Assembly (NCBI GenBank): GCA_963720545.1
Contig: OY970399.1
Span: 2,144,001 to 2,208,000 of the forward strand
Length of the DNA stretch: 64,000 nt
Direction: 5' to 3'
Source of the DNA: an uncultured Acidobacteriota bacterium
GTDB lineage: Bacteria; Acidobacteriota; Vicinamibacteria; Fen-336
In this document: positions 54,123-62,967 of the stretch, one piece after another
Layout: each line of letters begins with the position of its first letter
How positions within the stretch are numbered: the stretch's first letter is position 1
The notes under the pieces: model-generated
Told to the model about the DNA's origin: nothing
What the model saw: only the letters and a program-made list of their open reading frames with translations
Database searches by the model: none
Translations under genes and position numbers: made by a program

Positions 54123-55360
54123 TGCTGGGTCCCTGCCTGCGCCGATGCCGTCGGCGCGCTCTCGTTGCCGGCCTTGTCGAACGCGACCACCGTGTATTGA
54201 TAGACGACGCCGGGCTTCGCCGTCTGGTCGGTGAACTTGGTGGTGGCGGCGTCCGTCTCGTGCAGCAACGCCGGCTTGCCGCCTTGAGCCGCGCGCATCA
54301 CCCGGTAGCCGGCCAGGTCGGGAACGGCGACCGCATCCCACACGATCTCGACCGCCTGGTCGCGGACGAAGGCCGCCATGCCGGTGGGTGTCGGCGGCGC
54401 AGCGAGATCCTCGAGGCGCACGCAGATTTCCTGCGAGTCGGCGCTCTCGACCAGCGGATCGAGGAACACCACCGCGCGCACCGTGTAGCAGGATGTCGCC
54501 TCGGTCGGCGCGTCCACGTCCTCGAACTCGGTGAGCGAGAGCGGCGCCGTGTTCAGCGGCGAGGTTGGGTACGTGCCTTCCTGGTCACGGCGGAACACGC
54601 GGTAGGTAACCGCCGGCGAGGGTGGCGGCGATGGCGAGTGAGACGGCGATGGACTCGCACCCGGGGAGGCTCCGGGCACCGGCGACGCGTCGGGCGAAGG
54701 TGTCGGCGTGGGTGTCGGCGTCGGCGTGGGTGTCGGCGTCGGCGTGGGCGTCGGCGTCGGGCCTGGCGAGGGCGACGGCGATGCGCCCGGGCGGCCGGGC
54801 CGGCCGCTGGGCGTCGGCTGGGGCAGCGGCCGCGTCGGCCCAAAACCTGGCGGCGCGGGCGGCGGCGGCGCGATCGCCGCCCATTCCACGTGGATGCCCC
54901 GGGCAGCGAGCGCGACGCAGAGCGCCGTGGGGACTTCCACCGGCTCGCGCACGACCAGGCTCAACACCTGCGAGGCCGCCGAGAAGCGCTTGTTGGCGGC
55001 TGCGCGCAGCGACACGCGCACCGTGGTCCTGGCGGCAGGCAGCGGAAACACCTCGCTCAGCGCCTCGCCGGGCGCCGCCTGCTTGCTGGTCTTCTTCGCG
55101 TGCTTGGCGAAATCGCCCGGACCCTCGGCATAGGAAAGCTCGATGTCGAGCACCGGCGGCGGCGTGCCGTCGGTCATGGCGCGCGGCACCTGGTAGCTCA
55201 GCAGCAGCTTGCTGCCGCTCTGCGAGAGCTTCACCGCCGAGACCGCCTGCGGCAGCACCCGGATCGGCGGCAGCGGGTCGCCCTTCTTGCCGCACGCGCT
55301 ACCAGCCGCCACCACAGCCAGGGCTGCAGCGAGGATACGGCGAGCGGAGAGGCGTCTCAT
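54119..55360 (-). CDS. Lipoprotein with fibronectin type III domains and Pro/Thr-rich linker
   Basis: Lipobox GSA-C followed by [11 protein letters not shown]....DLAGYRV and [17 protein letters not shown]3 motifs. Confidence 0.8.
   Translation of the reverse strand: MRRLSARRILAAALAVVAAGSACGKKGDPLPPIRVLPQAVSAVKLSQSGSKLLLSYQVPRAMTDGTPPPVLDIELSYAEGPGDFAKHAKKTSKQAAPGEALSEVFPLPAARTTVRVSLRAAANKRFSAASQVLSLVVREPVEVPTALCVALAARGIHVEWAAIAPPPPAPPGFGPTRPLPQPTPSGRPGRPGASPSPSPGPTPTPTPTPTPTPTPTPTPTPSPDASPVPGASPGASPSPSHSPSPPPSPAVTYRVFRRDQEGTYPTSPLNTAPLSLTEFEDVDAPTEATSCYTVRAVVFLDPLVESADSQEICVRLEDLAAPPTPTGMAAFVRDQAVEIVWDAVAVPDLAGYRVMRAAQGGKPALLHETDAATTKFTDQTAKPGVVYQYTVVAFDKAGNESAPTASAQAGTQQ
54695..54760 (-). 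repeat. Degenerate 6-bp tandem repeat encoding (Pro-Thr)n
   Basis: GTCGGC/GTGGGT/GTGGGC units; protein [21 protein letters not shown]. Confidence 0.85.
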
Positions 55361-55391
55361 GCGTTCATGATGGTGGGCGCGGCGTTTCGTG

Positions 55392-55415
55392 CGGTCGAGC
55401 TTAGTATATCGACCG
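55392..55415. promoter_or_regulatory. Divergent promoter: AT-rich core flanked by a 7-bp inverted repeat
   Basis: CGGTCGA-GCTTAGTATA-TCGACCG; TAGTAT on + and TATACT on - overlap in the spacer. Confidence 0.5.
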
Positions 55416-55810
55416 TGGCTCCCCTGCCTGGCGCACGCGGCGATGCGCCGCTGCGCCTCCTGTCGCTCCTTTCCGGCTGGTACGACGTAGCACTCGCCGC
55501 GGCGATGCTGTTCTTCTCGCCGCAGATGGCGGCGCTCTTCGGCGCGCCGCAGCCGGTGCCGATGGTGAACGCGCAGCTGAACGGCGTCTTCACGCTGACG
55601 CTCGGCGCCGGCTATTTCTGGGCGGTGCGCGACCTCGGGGCGCGCCGCGGCTACTTGTGGTTCGCCTCGGTGCTCGCCAAGGGCCTGGGCGCTTTGCTCT
55701 TCGTCTACGACCACTTCGCGAACGGCTCCCCGGCGAGCTTCCTCCTGTTCGCGGCGAGCGACGGTTCGCTCGCGCTCCTCACCTTGTACCTGCTGCTCGC
55801 GAAGCGCTAG
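55415..55810 (+). CDS. Small membrane protein, about 4 TM helices
   Basis: Hydrophobic segments; start uncertain (GTG 55415 preferred, upstream ATGs possible). Confidence 0.7.
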   Translation: MAPLPGARGDAPLRLLSLLSGWYDVALAAAMLFFSPQMAALFGAPQPVPMVNAQLNGVFTLTLGAGYFWAVRDLGARRGYLWFASVLAKGLGALLFVYDHFANGSPASFLLFAASDGSLALLTLYLLLAKR

Positions 55811-55834
55811 TACACGCCGCGGCGCCGGCCGCGA

Positions 55835-56794
55835 TCAGTACTCGGTGACTTCGGTGCGCTTGTCGAATTCGGCGTCGCTCAGCCGTCCCGACGCGCGCTC
55901 GACGAGGTCCTTCTTCTTCGCACGGATCACGAGTGTCTTGGTCGGCTGGCGGCGCATCTCGAAGAACCCGTCCGGGACGAAGTTGACGGCCACCACCACC
56001 TGGTCGTCGCCGCGCAGGAAGTCGAGGTGCGGCGCCTCGGCGGCCAGCACGTTCGTGACCGCGACACGGATCTGCGCCAGCACCTGGCGCGGGTCGGGCA
56101 GCGGTTCGTCCTCGCCTTCCGCCTCGAGCCAGTTGACCCAAGGGGGCGTCATGTCCGGCGCGATCGGTTCGGTGAACCCGGCGGGCGGCGCGGGCGCCAC
56201 CGGTGCCACGGGTGCTGCGGGTGCTGGAGCCGCCGGCGCCGCGACCACAGGCGGCACTGGCGCTGCCGCAGCCGGCGGCGGCGGGACGCGCACGTTGCTC
56301 GGCGACTCGGGCGGTTCCGGCGGTGCCGCGACCTGCTGCAGCCGGCCCTCGCTGTCCACGAGCCGCAGGCGCGCCATCTGTTCGAGCGCCGCCATCGCGC
56401 GCGCCAGCGCCAGGTCGGCTTCCTCGCGCACCTTCTCGTGCGCCTGCAGCTGCTGCTGCATGTCGGAGAGGGCGCGCGCGTCGATTGGCGAGAGTGCTCG
56501 CCGCCGCGGCAGCTCGCGCAACCTGATGATGCGAGCGCCTTCGTTCTCGCCGGGCAGCGGCCGCGGCGCCAGCACGAACACCAGCCCGTAGCCGGGGATG
56601 ACGATCCCCTGCCCGCGCGACGGCGTGAACTCCCAGGCGTAGGCGTTGCGGGTGACCTCGCCGATCGCCTGGTCGAGGCTGAGGCTGACGCGGAAGATCT
56701 GGTCGCGCTGCGGCTGCTGGGCCGCGGCGGGGCGCGCGCCCAGAGGCGCCAGCAGCGCCGCAAGCAGCAGGGTCACGGTCGTGGCGATCTTCAT
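55835..56794 (-). CDS. Secreted hypothetical protein, third gene of the ECF operon
   Basis: GGAAGTGA-like leader; signal peptide ending AAA-Q; PGYGLVF motif; coiled coil; Pro/Ala linker. Confidence 0.75.
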   Translation of the reverse strand: MKIATTVTLLLAALLAPLGARPAAAQQPQRDQIFRVSLSLDQAIGEVTRNAYAWEFTPSRGQGIVIPGYGLVFVLAPRPLPGENEGARIIRLRELPRRRALSPIDARALSDMQQQLQAHEKVREEADLALARAMAALEQMARLRLVDSEGRLQQVAAPPEPPESPSNVRVPPPPAAAAPVPPVVAAPAAPAPAAPVAPVAPAPPAGFTEPIAPDMTPPWVNWLEAEGEDEPLPDPRQVLAQIRVAVTNVLAAEAPHLDFLRGDDQVVVAVNFVPDGFFEMRRQPTKTLVIRAKKKDLVERASGRLSDAEFDKRTEVTEY

Positions 56795-56799
56795 GACGC

Positions 56800-57468
56800 T
56801 CACTTCCCCGCCGCCGACGCCTGGATCAGGTAGCCCATGAGCTCGGTGGTGCGCGCCGCCTGCTGTCCGTTCTTGCCGTCGAGGAAGCTGAGGCTGGCGC
56901 TCACCCTGGCGAGGTCCATGCGCCGCTGCCGCTCGGCCGCCGTGGAGAAGGCGGCAAGCGTCGTGCGGTAGTGCTCCTGCTGCCGGGCTTCGCTCTGCGC
57001 GATCATTTCCCGCACCTGGCGCAGGAACGCATCGCCCTGCGGGCTGCCGGCCTGCGGCTCCCGGGCCGTGAGCGCCACGCGCAGCTCCTGGATCTCGGCG
57101 CGCTGGCGCTCGTCGGCGGCGGCGAGCAGCGCCGCGACTCGTGCCGGGGTCTCGGTGGCGGCGCTGCGTCCCCAGAAGAAAGCGCCGCCCACGAGCAGCA
57201 GCACTGCAGCGGCCGCGGCGAAGCTTCGCAGGTACGCAGTGCGCGGCTGCCGCGGAAGCGGGCCGGCAACCGGCAGCCGCCACTCGGCGAGCCGGACGCG
57301 CAGCTGGCGCAGCTCCGCAACCTCGTCGCGGCAGGCGGCGCACGAGGCGACGTGCGACTGGAGACTGGCGCTCGCCTCCCCCGCCGCTTCACCGTAGACC
57401 AGGTCGAGGAGCTCCTCGCTCCTTCCGCATGTTGCTGTTGCGCTCGGCATCGTCTTGTCCTCTTTCAT
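56800..57468 (-). CDS. Zinc-binding (ZAS, zf-HC2) transmembrane anti-sigma factor
   Basis: L...YGE...HVASCAAC (HxxxCxxC); one TM; periplasmic coiled coil; ATGA overlap with sigma. Confidence 0.85.
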   Translation of the reverse strand: MKEDKTMPSATATCGRSEELLDLVYGEAAGEASASLQSHVASCAACRDEVAELRQLRVRLAEWRLPVAGPLPRQPRTAYLRSFAAAAAVLLLVGGAFFWGRSAATETPARVAALLAAADERQRAEIQELRVALTAREPQAGSPQGDAFLRQVREMIAQSEARQQEHYRTTLAAFSTAAERQRRMDLARVSASLSFLDGKNGQQAARTTELMGYLIQASAAGK

Positions 57469-58061
57469 GATTCTGCTGCTTTCGAAAGCGGCGCCGCCGC
57501 CATCGCGCCGCTGCGGACGCCGCGTTCCAGGAGACGCACGCGCAGCACGCCGAGCGCCCGGTAGAGGCGGGTCTTCACCGTGGAAGTGGGCACGCCAAGG
57601 ATGTCGGCGATCTCGACGAAGGTGAGTTCCTGGTATTCCTTCAGGATCACCACCTCCCGCTCCTCGTCGGGCAGCTCCGCAACCGCGGCGGCCACGAGCC
57701 GCGCCAAATCGCCCCGGACCACGTCGTCGTACGCGGTTGCGGTGCGTGCCGGCAGCGCCGCGTGCTCTTCGAGCGCATCGATGCTGACGAACGACCGCAC
57801 CTTGCGGCGCCGCAGCCGGTCGCGGCACAGGTTGAGCCCGATCTGGTAGAGCCACGACGAGAACTTGGCCTCGCGCTTGAACCCCGGCAACGCCCGGTAT
57901 GCCTTGAGGAATGCCTCCTGGCTGACGTCGCGCGCTTCCTCCGCGGAACCGAGCACACGGTGCGCCGCGCCGCGAATCTGCCGCTCCCAGCGGAGCGTCA
58001 ACTCGTCGAAGCAGCCGACGTCGCCGGCCTGGAAAGCCGCGACCAGCTCTTCGTCCGTCAT
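57465..58061 (-). CDS. ECF sigma-70 factor
   Basis: DEELV, DVSQEAFLKAY, FSSWLYQI..N.CRD, EIADILGVP.STVKTRLYRA. Confidence 0.95.
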   Translation of the reverse strand: MTDEELVAAFQAGDVGCFDELTLRWERQIRGAAHRVLGSAEEARDVSQEAFLKAYRALPGFKREAKFSSWLYQIGLNLCRDRLRRRKVRSFVSIDALEEHAALPARTATAYDDVVRGDLARLVAAAVAELPDEEREVVILKEYQELTFVEIADILGVPTSTVKTRLYRALGVLRVRLLERGVRSGAMAAAPLSKAAES

Positions 58062-58158
58062 CGCGTCATCCGAATATACCCATCGTCGCCCACACGTCGA
58101 CCGTCATCCTGTCCAATTAGACGCCCCTGACCCCGGGCAGGCCATTATTTATGTCGAT

Positions 58159-59052
58159 CTACTTTTGTTTGTGGGACCGTGGATGAGTTTTTCCATATAT
58201 CTGCATAATATGGCGGAGATCCACGTGCGTATAGCGCTGTGTTGTGGACAGGCTGGAGTGGCCCAGAAGTTCTTGAATAGAACGGAGATCCGCCCCTCTT
58301 TGCAGCAAGTGTGTGGCAAAGGAGTGACGCAGACTGTGCGGGCTGATCCGCCGGTTCGTAGCCGTCTGGGCGACCCGTCTTGCGATCAGGCGGCGCACCG
58401 ATCTATCTGTCAATCGCCCACCTTTTTGGTTGACGAACAGCGCGTCACCGGCGCTCCTGCGGCCCTTTCGTGCCCCGAAGTAGGCCGTGAGGCTGCGCCG
58501 CGCCGCCTCGCCGAACGGCACGATTCGTTCCTTGCTGCCCTTGCCGACGACACGGATCATGCCGGCGGCCATGTCCACCTCGCCCGAGTCGAGAGAGACG
58601 AGTTCGCCGCAGCGGATCCCGGTGCCGTACAAGAGCTCGAGGATGGCGCGGTCGCGCAGCGCCGCGAAGTCGTCGCCCGGCAGGTCGAGAAAGGCCGGCA
58701 CCTCGCTTTCCTCCAGATGCTCCGGGATGCGCCGTTCGGTCCGCGGTGAGAGGAGCGCCCTGGCCGGGTTCTTCGCGAGGATGCCCTCGCGGCACAAGAA
58801 GCGGAAGAAGGTGCGCAGCGCGGCGAGCTTGCGGCCAGCGGAAGTCTTGCGCAGGCCCGCGTCGTGCAGGTGGGCGAGGAAGCCGCGGATGAGCGTGTGG
58901 TCCACCTGGCGCGGCCGCGGCTCACGGCCGAGGCTTGCCTCCGCCCAGGCGGTGAACTGGCCGAGGTCCTGGGCGTAGGCGCGGGCCGTATGCGCCGAGA
59001 CGTTGCGCTCGCTTTCCAGGTGACGAATGAAGGCCGCCACCGCCTTCTTCAT
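58159..59052 (-). CDS. xerC: Tyrosine recombinase XerC
   Basis: [56 protein letters not shown]; synteny. Confidence 0.93.
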   Translation of the reverse strand: MKKAVAAFIRHLESERNVSAHTARAYAQDLGQFTAWAEASLGREPRPRQVDHTLIRGFLAHLHDAGLRKTSAGRKLAALRTFFRFLCREGILAKNPARALLSPRTERRIPEHLEESEVPAFLDLPGDDFAALRDRAILELLYGTGIRCGELVSLDSGEVDMAAGMIRVVGKGSKERIVPFGEAARRSLTAYFGARKGRRSAGDALFVNQKGGRLTDRSVRRLIARRVAQTATNRRISPHSLRHSFATHLLQRGADLRSIQELLGHSSLSTTQRYTHVDLRHIMQIYGKTHPRSHKQK

Positions 59053-59081
59053 TTCGCTATTTTCTCTGCTTCGCCCACGCG

Positions 59082-60422
59082 CTACGCCGTGGTGCCGAGG
59101 CTGCGGCCGCGGAACAGTGCGATCGCGTCCAGGGCGCGCCGCGCCTGCGCCGCGCGGCGCTTCTGCTTGTCGCGAATCTTCTGCGGCAGCTCGGGCAGGA
59201 GCCCGAAGGCGATGTTCGTCGGCTGGTAGTTCTGCGGATCGCTTTGCGAGATGTAGCGGCCGAGGGAGCCAAGCGCCGACTCTTCCGGAAACGCCGCCGT
59301 TTCTTCGCCGCTCGCGAGCCGCGCGGCATTGACGCCGGCGATGAGGCCGGAGGCCGCCGACTCGACATAACCCTCGACGCCCGACATCTGCCCGGCGAAA
59401 AAGAGGCCGGGGCGGGTGCGCGCCTCGAAAGTCGGGAAGAGCGTGGCGGGGGAGTTCACGTAGGTGTTGCGGTGGATCATGCCGTGGCGCACGAACTCGG
59501 CACGCTCGAGCCCGGGAATCAGGCGGAAGACGGTCTTCTGGTCGCCCCACTTCAGCTGCGTCTGGAAACCGACCATCGAGAAATGGCTGGCGGCGAGGTT
59601 GTCCTGGCGCAACTGCACCACGGCGAACGGCCGCCGGCCGGTGCGCGGATCGGTGAGGCCCACCGGCTTCATCGGCCCGAAGCGCAACGTGTCGGGACCA
59701 CGGCTCGCGATCACCTCGACCGGCAGGCACCCCTCGAAGAAGAACTCGTGCTCGAAGTCCTTGACGCTCGCGCATTCCGCGCTCATGAGCGCCGCGAGGA
59801 ACGCCGCGTACTGCGCTTCGTCCAAAGGACAGTTGAGGTAGTCGTCGCCGCCCTTGCCGTAGCGCGACTGGCGGAAGGTCCTGGTCTCGTCGATGCTGTC
59901 GGCTTCGAGCACCGGGCTGACGGCGTCGTAGAAGTAGAGGTGCTCGCGGCCGACGAAGGCAGCGATCTTCGCCGCGAGCGTTGCCGAGGTGAGCGGCCCG
60001 GTGGCGACGATCGCGAGCGGGTCGTCCGGCAGGGCGGTGATCTCCTCGCGGTGCACCGTGACGAGCGGGTGGTCGCGGAGCACTTGCGTGACGCCGCGCG
60101 CGAACAGGCCGCGGTCGACGGCCAGCGCCGAGCCCGCCGGCACGCGCACCGAGTCGGCGACGCGCAGCACCAGCGAGTCCATGCGGCGCATTTCTTCCTT
60201 CAGCAGGCCCGCGGCCTGGTCGAGGGCGTCGCCGCGCAGGCTGTTGGAGCAGACGAGCTCGGCGAAGTCGCCGGTCTGGTGCACCGGCGTCGCCACCACC
60301 GGCCGCATTTCATGCAGGTCGACGGCGATGCCGCGACTCACCAGCTGCCACGCAGCTTCGCTGCCGGCGAGGCCCGCGCCCACCACGCGCACGCGCGGCG
60401 TCGGCTGCGGCGTGGACGTCAC
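59082..60422 (-). CDS. trmFO: Folate/FAD-dependent tRNA (uracil-54) methyltransferase
   Basis: [46 protein letters not shown]. Confidence 0.97.
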   Translation of the reverse strand: MTSTPQPTPRVRVVGAGLAGSEAAWQLVSRGIAVDLHEMRPVVATPVHQTGDFAELVCSNSLRGDALDQAAGLLKEEMRRMDSLVLRVADSVRVPAGSALAVDRGLFARGVTQVLRDHPLVTVHREEITALPDDPLAIVATGPLTSATLAAKIAAFVGREHLYFYDAVSPVLEADSIDETRTFRQSRYGKGGDDYLNCPLDEAQYAAFLAALMSAECASVKDFEHEFFFEGCLPVEVIASRGPDTLRFGPMKPVGLTDPRTGRRPFAVVQLRQDNLAASHFSMVGFQTQLKWGDQKTVFRLIPGLERAEFVRHGMIHRNTYVNSPATLFPTFEARTRPGLFFAGQMSGVEGYVESAASGLIAGVNAARLASGEETAAFPEESALGSLGRYISQSDPQNYQPTNIAFGLLPELPQKIRDKQKRRAAQARRALDAIALFRGRSLGTTA

Positions 60423-60423
60423 T

Positions 60424-62967
60424 TCACGCAGCCCGTTTGTAGTGGCATTCCTCGTTGCCGCAGAACACCACCTTGCCGTCCTTCTTCGTTTCCTTCTCGA
60501 GCAGGTAGGCGCGGCCGCAATCGGGGCAGGGCTCCGGCAGGGGCTTGTTGTAGGCCGTGAACTTGCAGTCGGGGTAGCGTTTGCAGCCGTAGAAGAAGCG
60601 GCCCCAGCGGCCCTTGCGCTCCACCACCTGGCCCTCGCCGCACTCCGGGCAGGTCATGCCGATCTCGCGCGCTTCCTTCTTCTTTATGTACTTGCAGTTG
60701 GGGTAGTCGCTGCACGCGATGAACGGGCCGAAGCGCCCGCGCCGCCACATCAGCGGATGCCCCGACTCCGGGCAGGTCTCGTCGATCGGCGCGAGCTTCT
60801 CCACCTGCAGCTTGCCGCCCTCGCCGCGGATCAGGCGCTTGGTCTCCTTGCACTCGGGATAGAGCGCACACGCCAGGAACGGACCGAAGCGGCCCTTGCG
60901 CAGCACCATGGCCTGGTCGGGATGGCGCGGGCACATCTCGGCGGCCACGTCCTCATGCAGCTCCGGGCCGCCTTCGCTCACGCCCTCGAGCTGGCGCGTG
61001 TTCTTGCACTCGGGGTAGTTGGAGCAGGCGAGGAACTTGCCGTAGCGGCCCCACTTGATGACCATGGGGGAGCCACACTTGTCGCACTTCTCGTCGGTCT
61101 TCTCCTCCATGCCCTTGATGTCCTTCATCTTCTTGCGGGCGCGGAGCAGGTCTTTCTCGAACTTGCCCCAGAAGGTGGTGAGCGTGTTGAGGTAGTTGTC
61201 GGTGCCGTCCTCGATCTCGTCCAGTTCCTTTTCCATCGCCGCCGTGTACTCGACGTCGACGATGTCCTTGAAGTTCTCGACCAGCAGGTCGGTGACCACG
61301 AAGCCGAGCTCGGTGGGAAAGAGCTTGGCGTCGCGCTTCTCGATGTATTCGCGGGTCTCGATGGTCGCGATGATCGAGGCGTAGGTGGACGGCCGGCCGA
61401 TGCCGTTTTCTTCCAGCTCCTTCACGAGCGTCGCTTCCGAGAAGCGTGGCGGGGGCTGGGTGAAGTGCTGGTCGGTGTCGAGCTTGTTGAGCTTCAGCAC
61501 GTCGCCAACCGCGAGCGGCGGCAGCACGCCGGCCGCGGCTTCGGGCTCGGTGTCGTCGTCCGCCGCCTGCTCCGGCTCCTGCGACGGCTTGACCTCGCGC
61601 CGCTCGTCGGGCGTTTCCTCGTAAGCGGCGAGGAATCCCTTGAACTTCATGGTCGAACCCTTGGCGCGCAACAGGTAGGAGGCGGCACCGATGTCGACGA
61701 TCGTCTCGTCGTAGACGGCGGGCTTCATCTGCGAAGCGACGAAGCGGTTCCAGACGAGCCGATAGAGTGCCAGCTCATCCTTCGACAAGAAGCGCTTGAT
61801 CGACTCGGGATCGTGCTGCAGGTCGGTGGGGCGGATGGCTTCGTGCGCGTCCTGCGCATCCTTCCGCGACTTGTAGAAGATCGGCTTCTCGGGAAGGAAG
61901 TCGGCGCCGTAGTCGCTGCCGATGCGGCCGCGCACGGCGTCTAGCGCATCGTTCGAAACGCGTGTCGAGTCGGTGCGCATGTAGGTGATGAGGCCGACGG
62001 CACCTTCAGCGCCGAGCTCGATGCCCTCGTAGAGCCGCTGCGCCACCTGCATCGTCTTCTTCACGCTGAAGCGCAGCTTCTTGAACGCTTCCTGCTGCAG
62101 CTTCGAGGTGATGAACGGCGGCACCGGGAAGCGGCGGCGCTCCTTGGCTTCGACCTTGTCGACGCGGAAGGTCGCCGCCTCGAGGTCGGCGCGCACTGCC
62201 GCCGCCTCGTCGCCGTTGCCGATCTCGAGGTTCTTGCCGGCCCTCTTCAGCAGGTTCGCGAGGAAGGGCGGCGGCGCACCGGCGCCGAGGTGGGCGGCGA
62301 CCGTCCAGTATTCCTCGCTGACGAACGCCTTGATCTCGCGTTCGCGCTCGCAGATGAGGCGCAGCGCCACCGACTGCACGCGGCCTGCCGAGCTGCCGCG
62401 CTTGACCTTCTCCCAGAGGATCGGGCTCACGCCGAAACCCACCAGGCGGTCGAGCACCCGGCGCGCCTGCTGCGCGTCCACCTTCTTCTCGTCGATGTCG
62501 GCGGGGTGCTCGAAGGCCGCAGCCACCGCCTTCTTGGTGATCTCGTGGAACACGACCCGCTTCACCTTCTTGCGCGCCTTCGCCGACAGTTCCTCGGCGA
62601 TGTGCCAGCAGATCGCCTCGCCCTCGCGATCGGGGTCGGCGGCCAGGAAGATTGCGGGCGCATCGGCAGCGGCCGCCTTGATCTCGTCCATGATCTTCTT
62701 GCGGGTGGCGAGGATTTCGTATTGCGGGTGGAAGCCCTGGGCGATGTCCACACCGGCGATCTCGATGCCCCTGGGCTCGGCTCTGGCACCCTTGACCCTG
62801 GGTTTGGCGGCGCTCTTCTTTGCGCCCGGCACGCGCACCGCGACCCGCTTCTTGGGCAGGTCGCGGACGTGGCCCATGGAGGCCTTCACCTGATAGTCCC
62901 TGCCCAGGTACTTGTTGATTGTCTTGGCTTTAGCCGGCGACTCGACAATGACGAGGTTCTTGGTCAA
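60424..62967 (-). CDS. topA: DNA topoisomerase I
   Basis: IVESPAK, DPDREGE, SAGRVQS, ITYMRTDS, GIGRPSTY; C-terminal zinc ribbons. Confidence 0.98.
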   Translation of the reverse strand: MTKNLVIVESPAKAKTINKYLGRDYQVKASMGHVRDLPKKRVAVRVPGAKKSAAKPRVKGARAEPRGIEIAGVDIAQGFHPQYEILATRKKIMDEIKAAAADAPAIFLAADPDREGEAICWHIAEELSAKARKKVKRVVFHEITKKAVAAAFEHPADIDEKKVDAQQARRVLDRLVGFGVSPILWEKVKRGSSAGRVQSVALRLICEREREIKAFVSEEYWTVAAHLGAGAPPPFLANLLKRAGKNLEIGNGDEAAAVRADLEAATFRVDKVEAKERRRFPVPPFITSKLQQEAFKKLRFSVKKTMQVAQRLYEGIELGAEGAVGLITYMRTDSTRVSNDALDAVRGRIGSDYGADFLPEKPIFYKSRKDAQDAHEAIRPTDLQHDPESIKRFLSKDELALYRLVWNRFVASQMKPAVYDETIVDIGAASYLLRAKGSTMKFKGFLAAYEETPDERREVKPSQEPEQAADDDTEPEAAAGVLPPLAVGDVLKLNKLDTDQHFTQPPPRFSEATLVKELEENGIGRPSTYASIIATIETREYIEKRDAKLFPTELGFVVTDLLVENFKDIVDVEYTAAMEKELDEIEDGTDNYLNTLTTFWGKFEKDLLRARKKMKDIKGMEEKTDEKCDKCGSPMVIKWGRYGKFLACSNYPECKNTRQLEGVSEGGPELHEDVAAEMCPRHPDQAMVLRKGRFGPFLACALYPECKETKRLIRGEGGKLQVEKLAPIDETCPESGHPLMWRRGRFGPFIACSDYPNCKYIKKKEAREIGMTCPECGEGQVVERKGRWGRFFYGCKRYPDCKFTAYNKPLPEPCPDCGRAYLLEKETKKDGKVVFCGNEECHYKRAA

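Noticed and set aside
54695..54760. Tandem repeat as a CRISPR array or phase-variation tract
   Set aside because: Degenerate 6-bp coding units without spacers; unit changes keep the frame
55818..55833. 6-bp GC hairpin between convergent genes
   Set aside because: Too short, has no U-tract and is expected by chance at this GC content
58130..58215. dif-like words (TTATGT, GCATAAT) near the xerC end
   Set aside because: The halves are not arranged as an 11-6-11 dif site and match poorly
58159..59052. Tyrosine recombinase as a sign of a prophage or integrative element
   Set aside because: It lies in the housekeeping dprA-topA-trmFO-xerC context, with no att repeats, tRNA or phage genes
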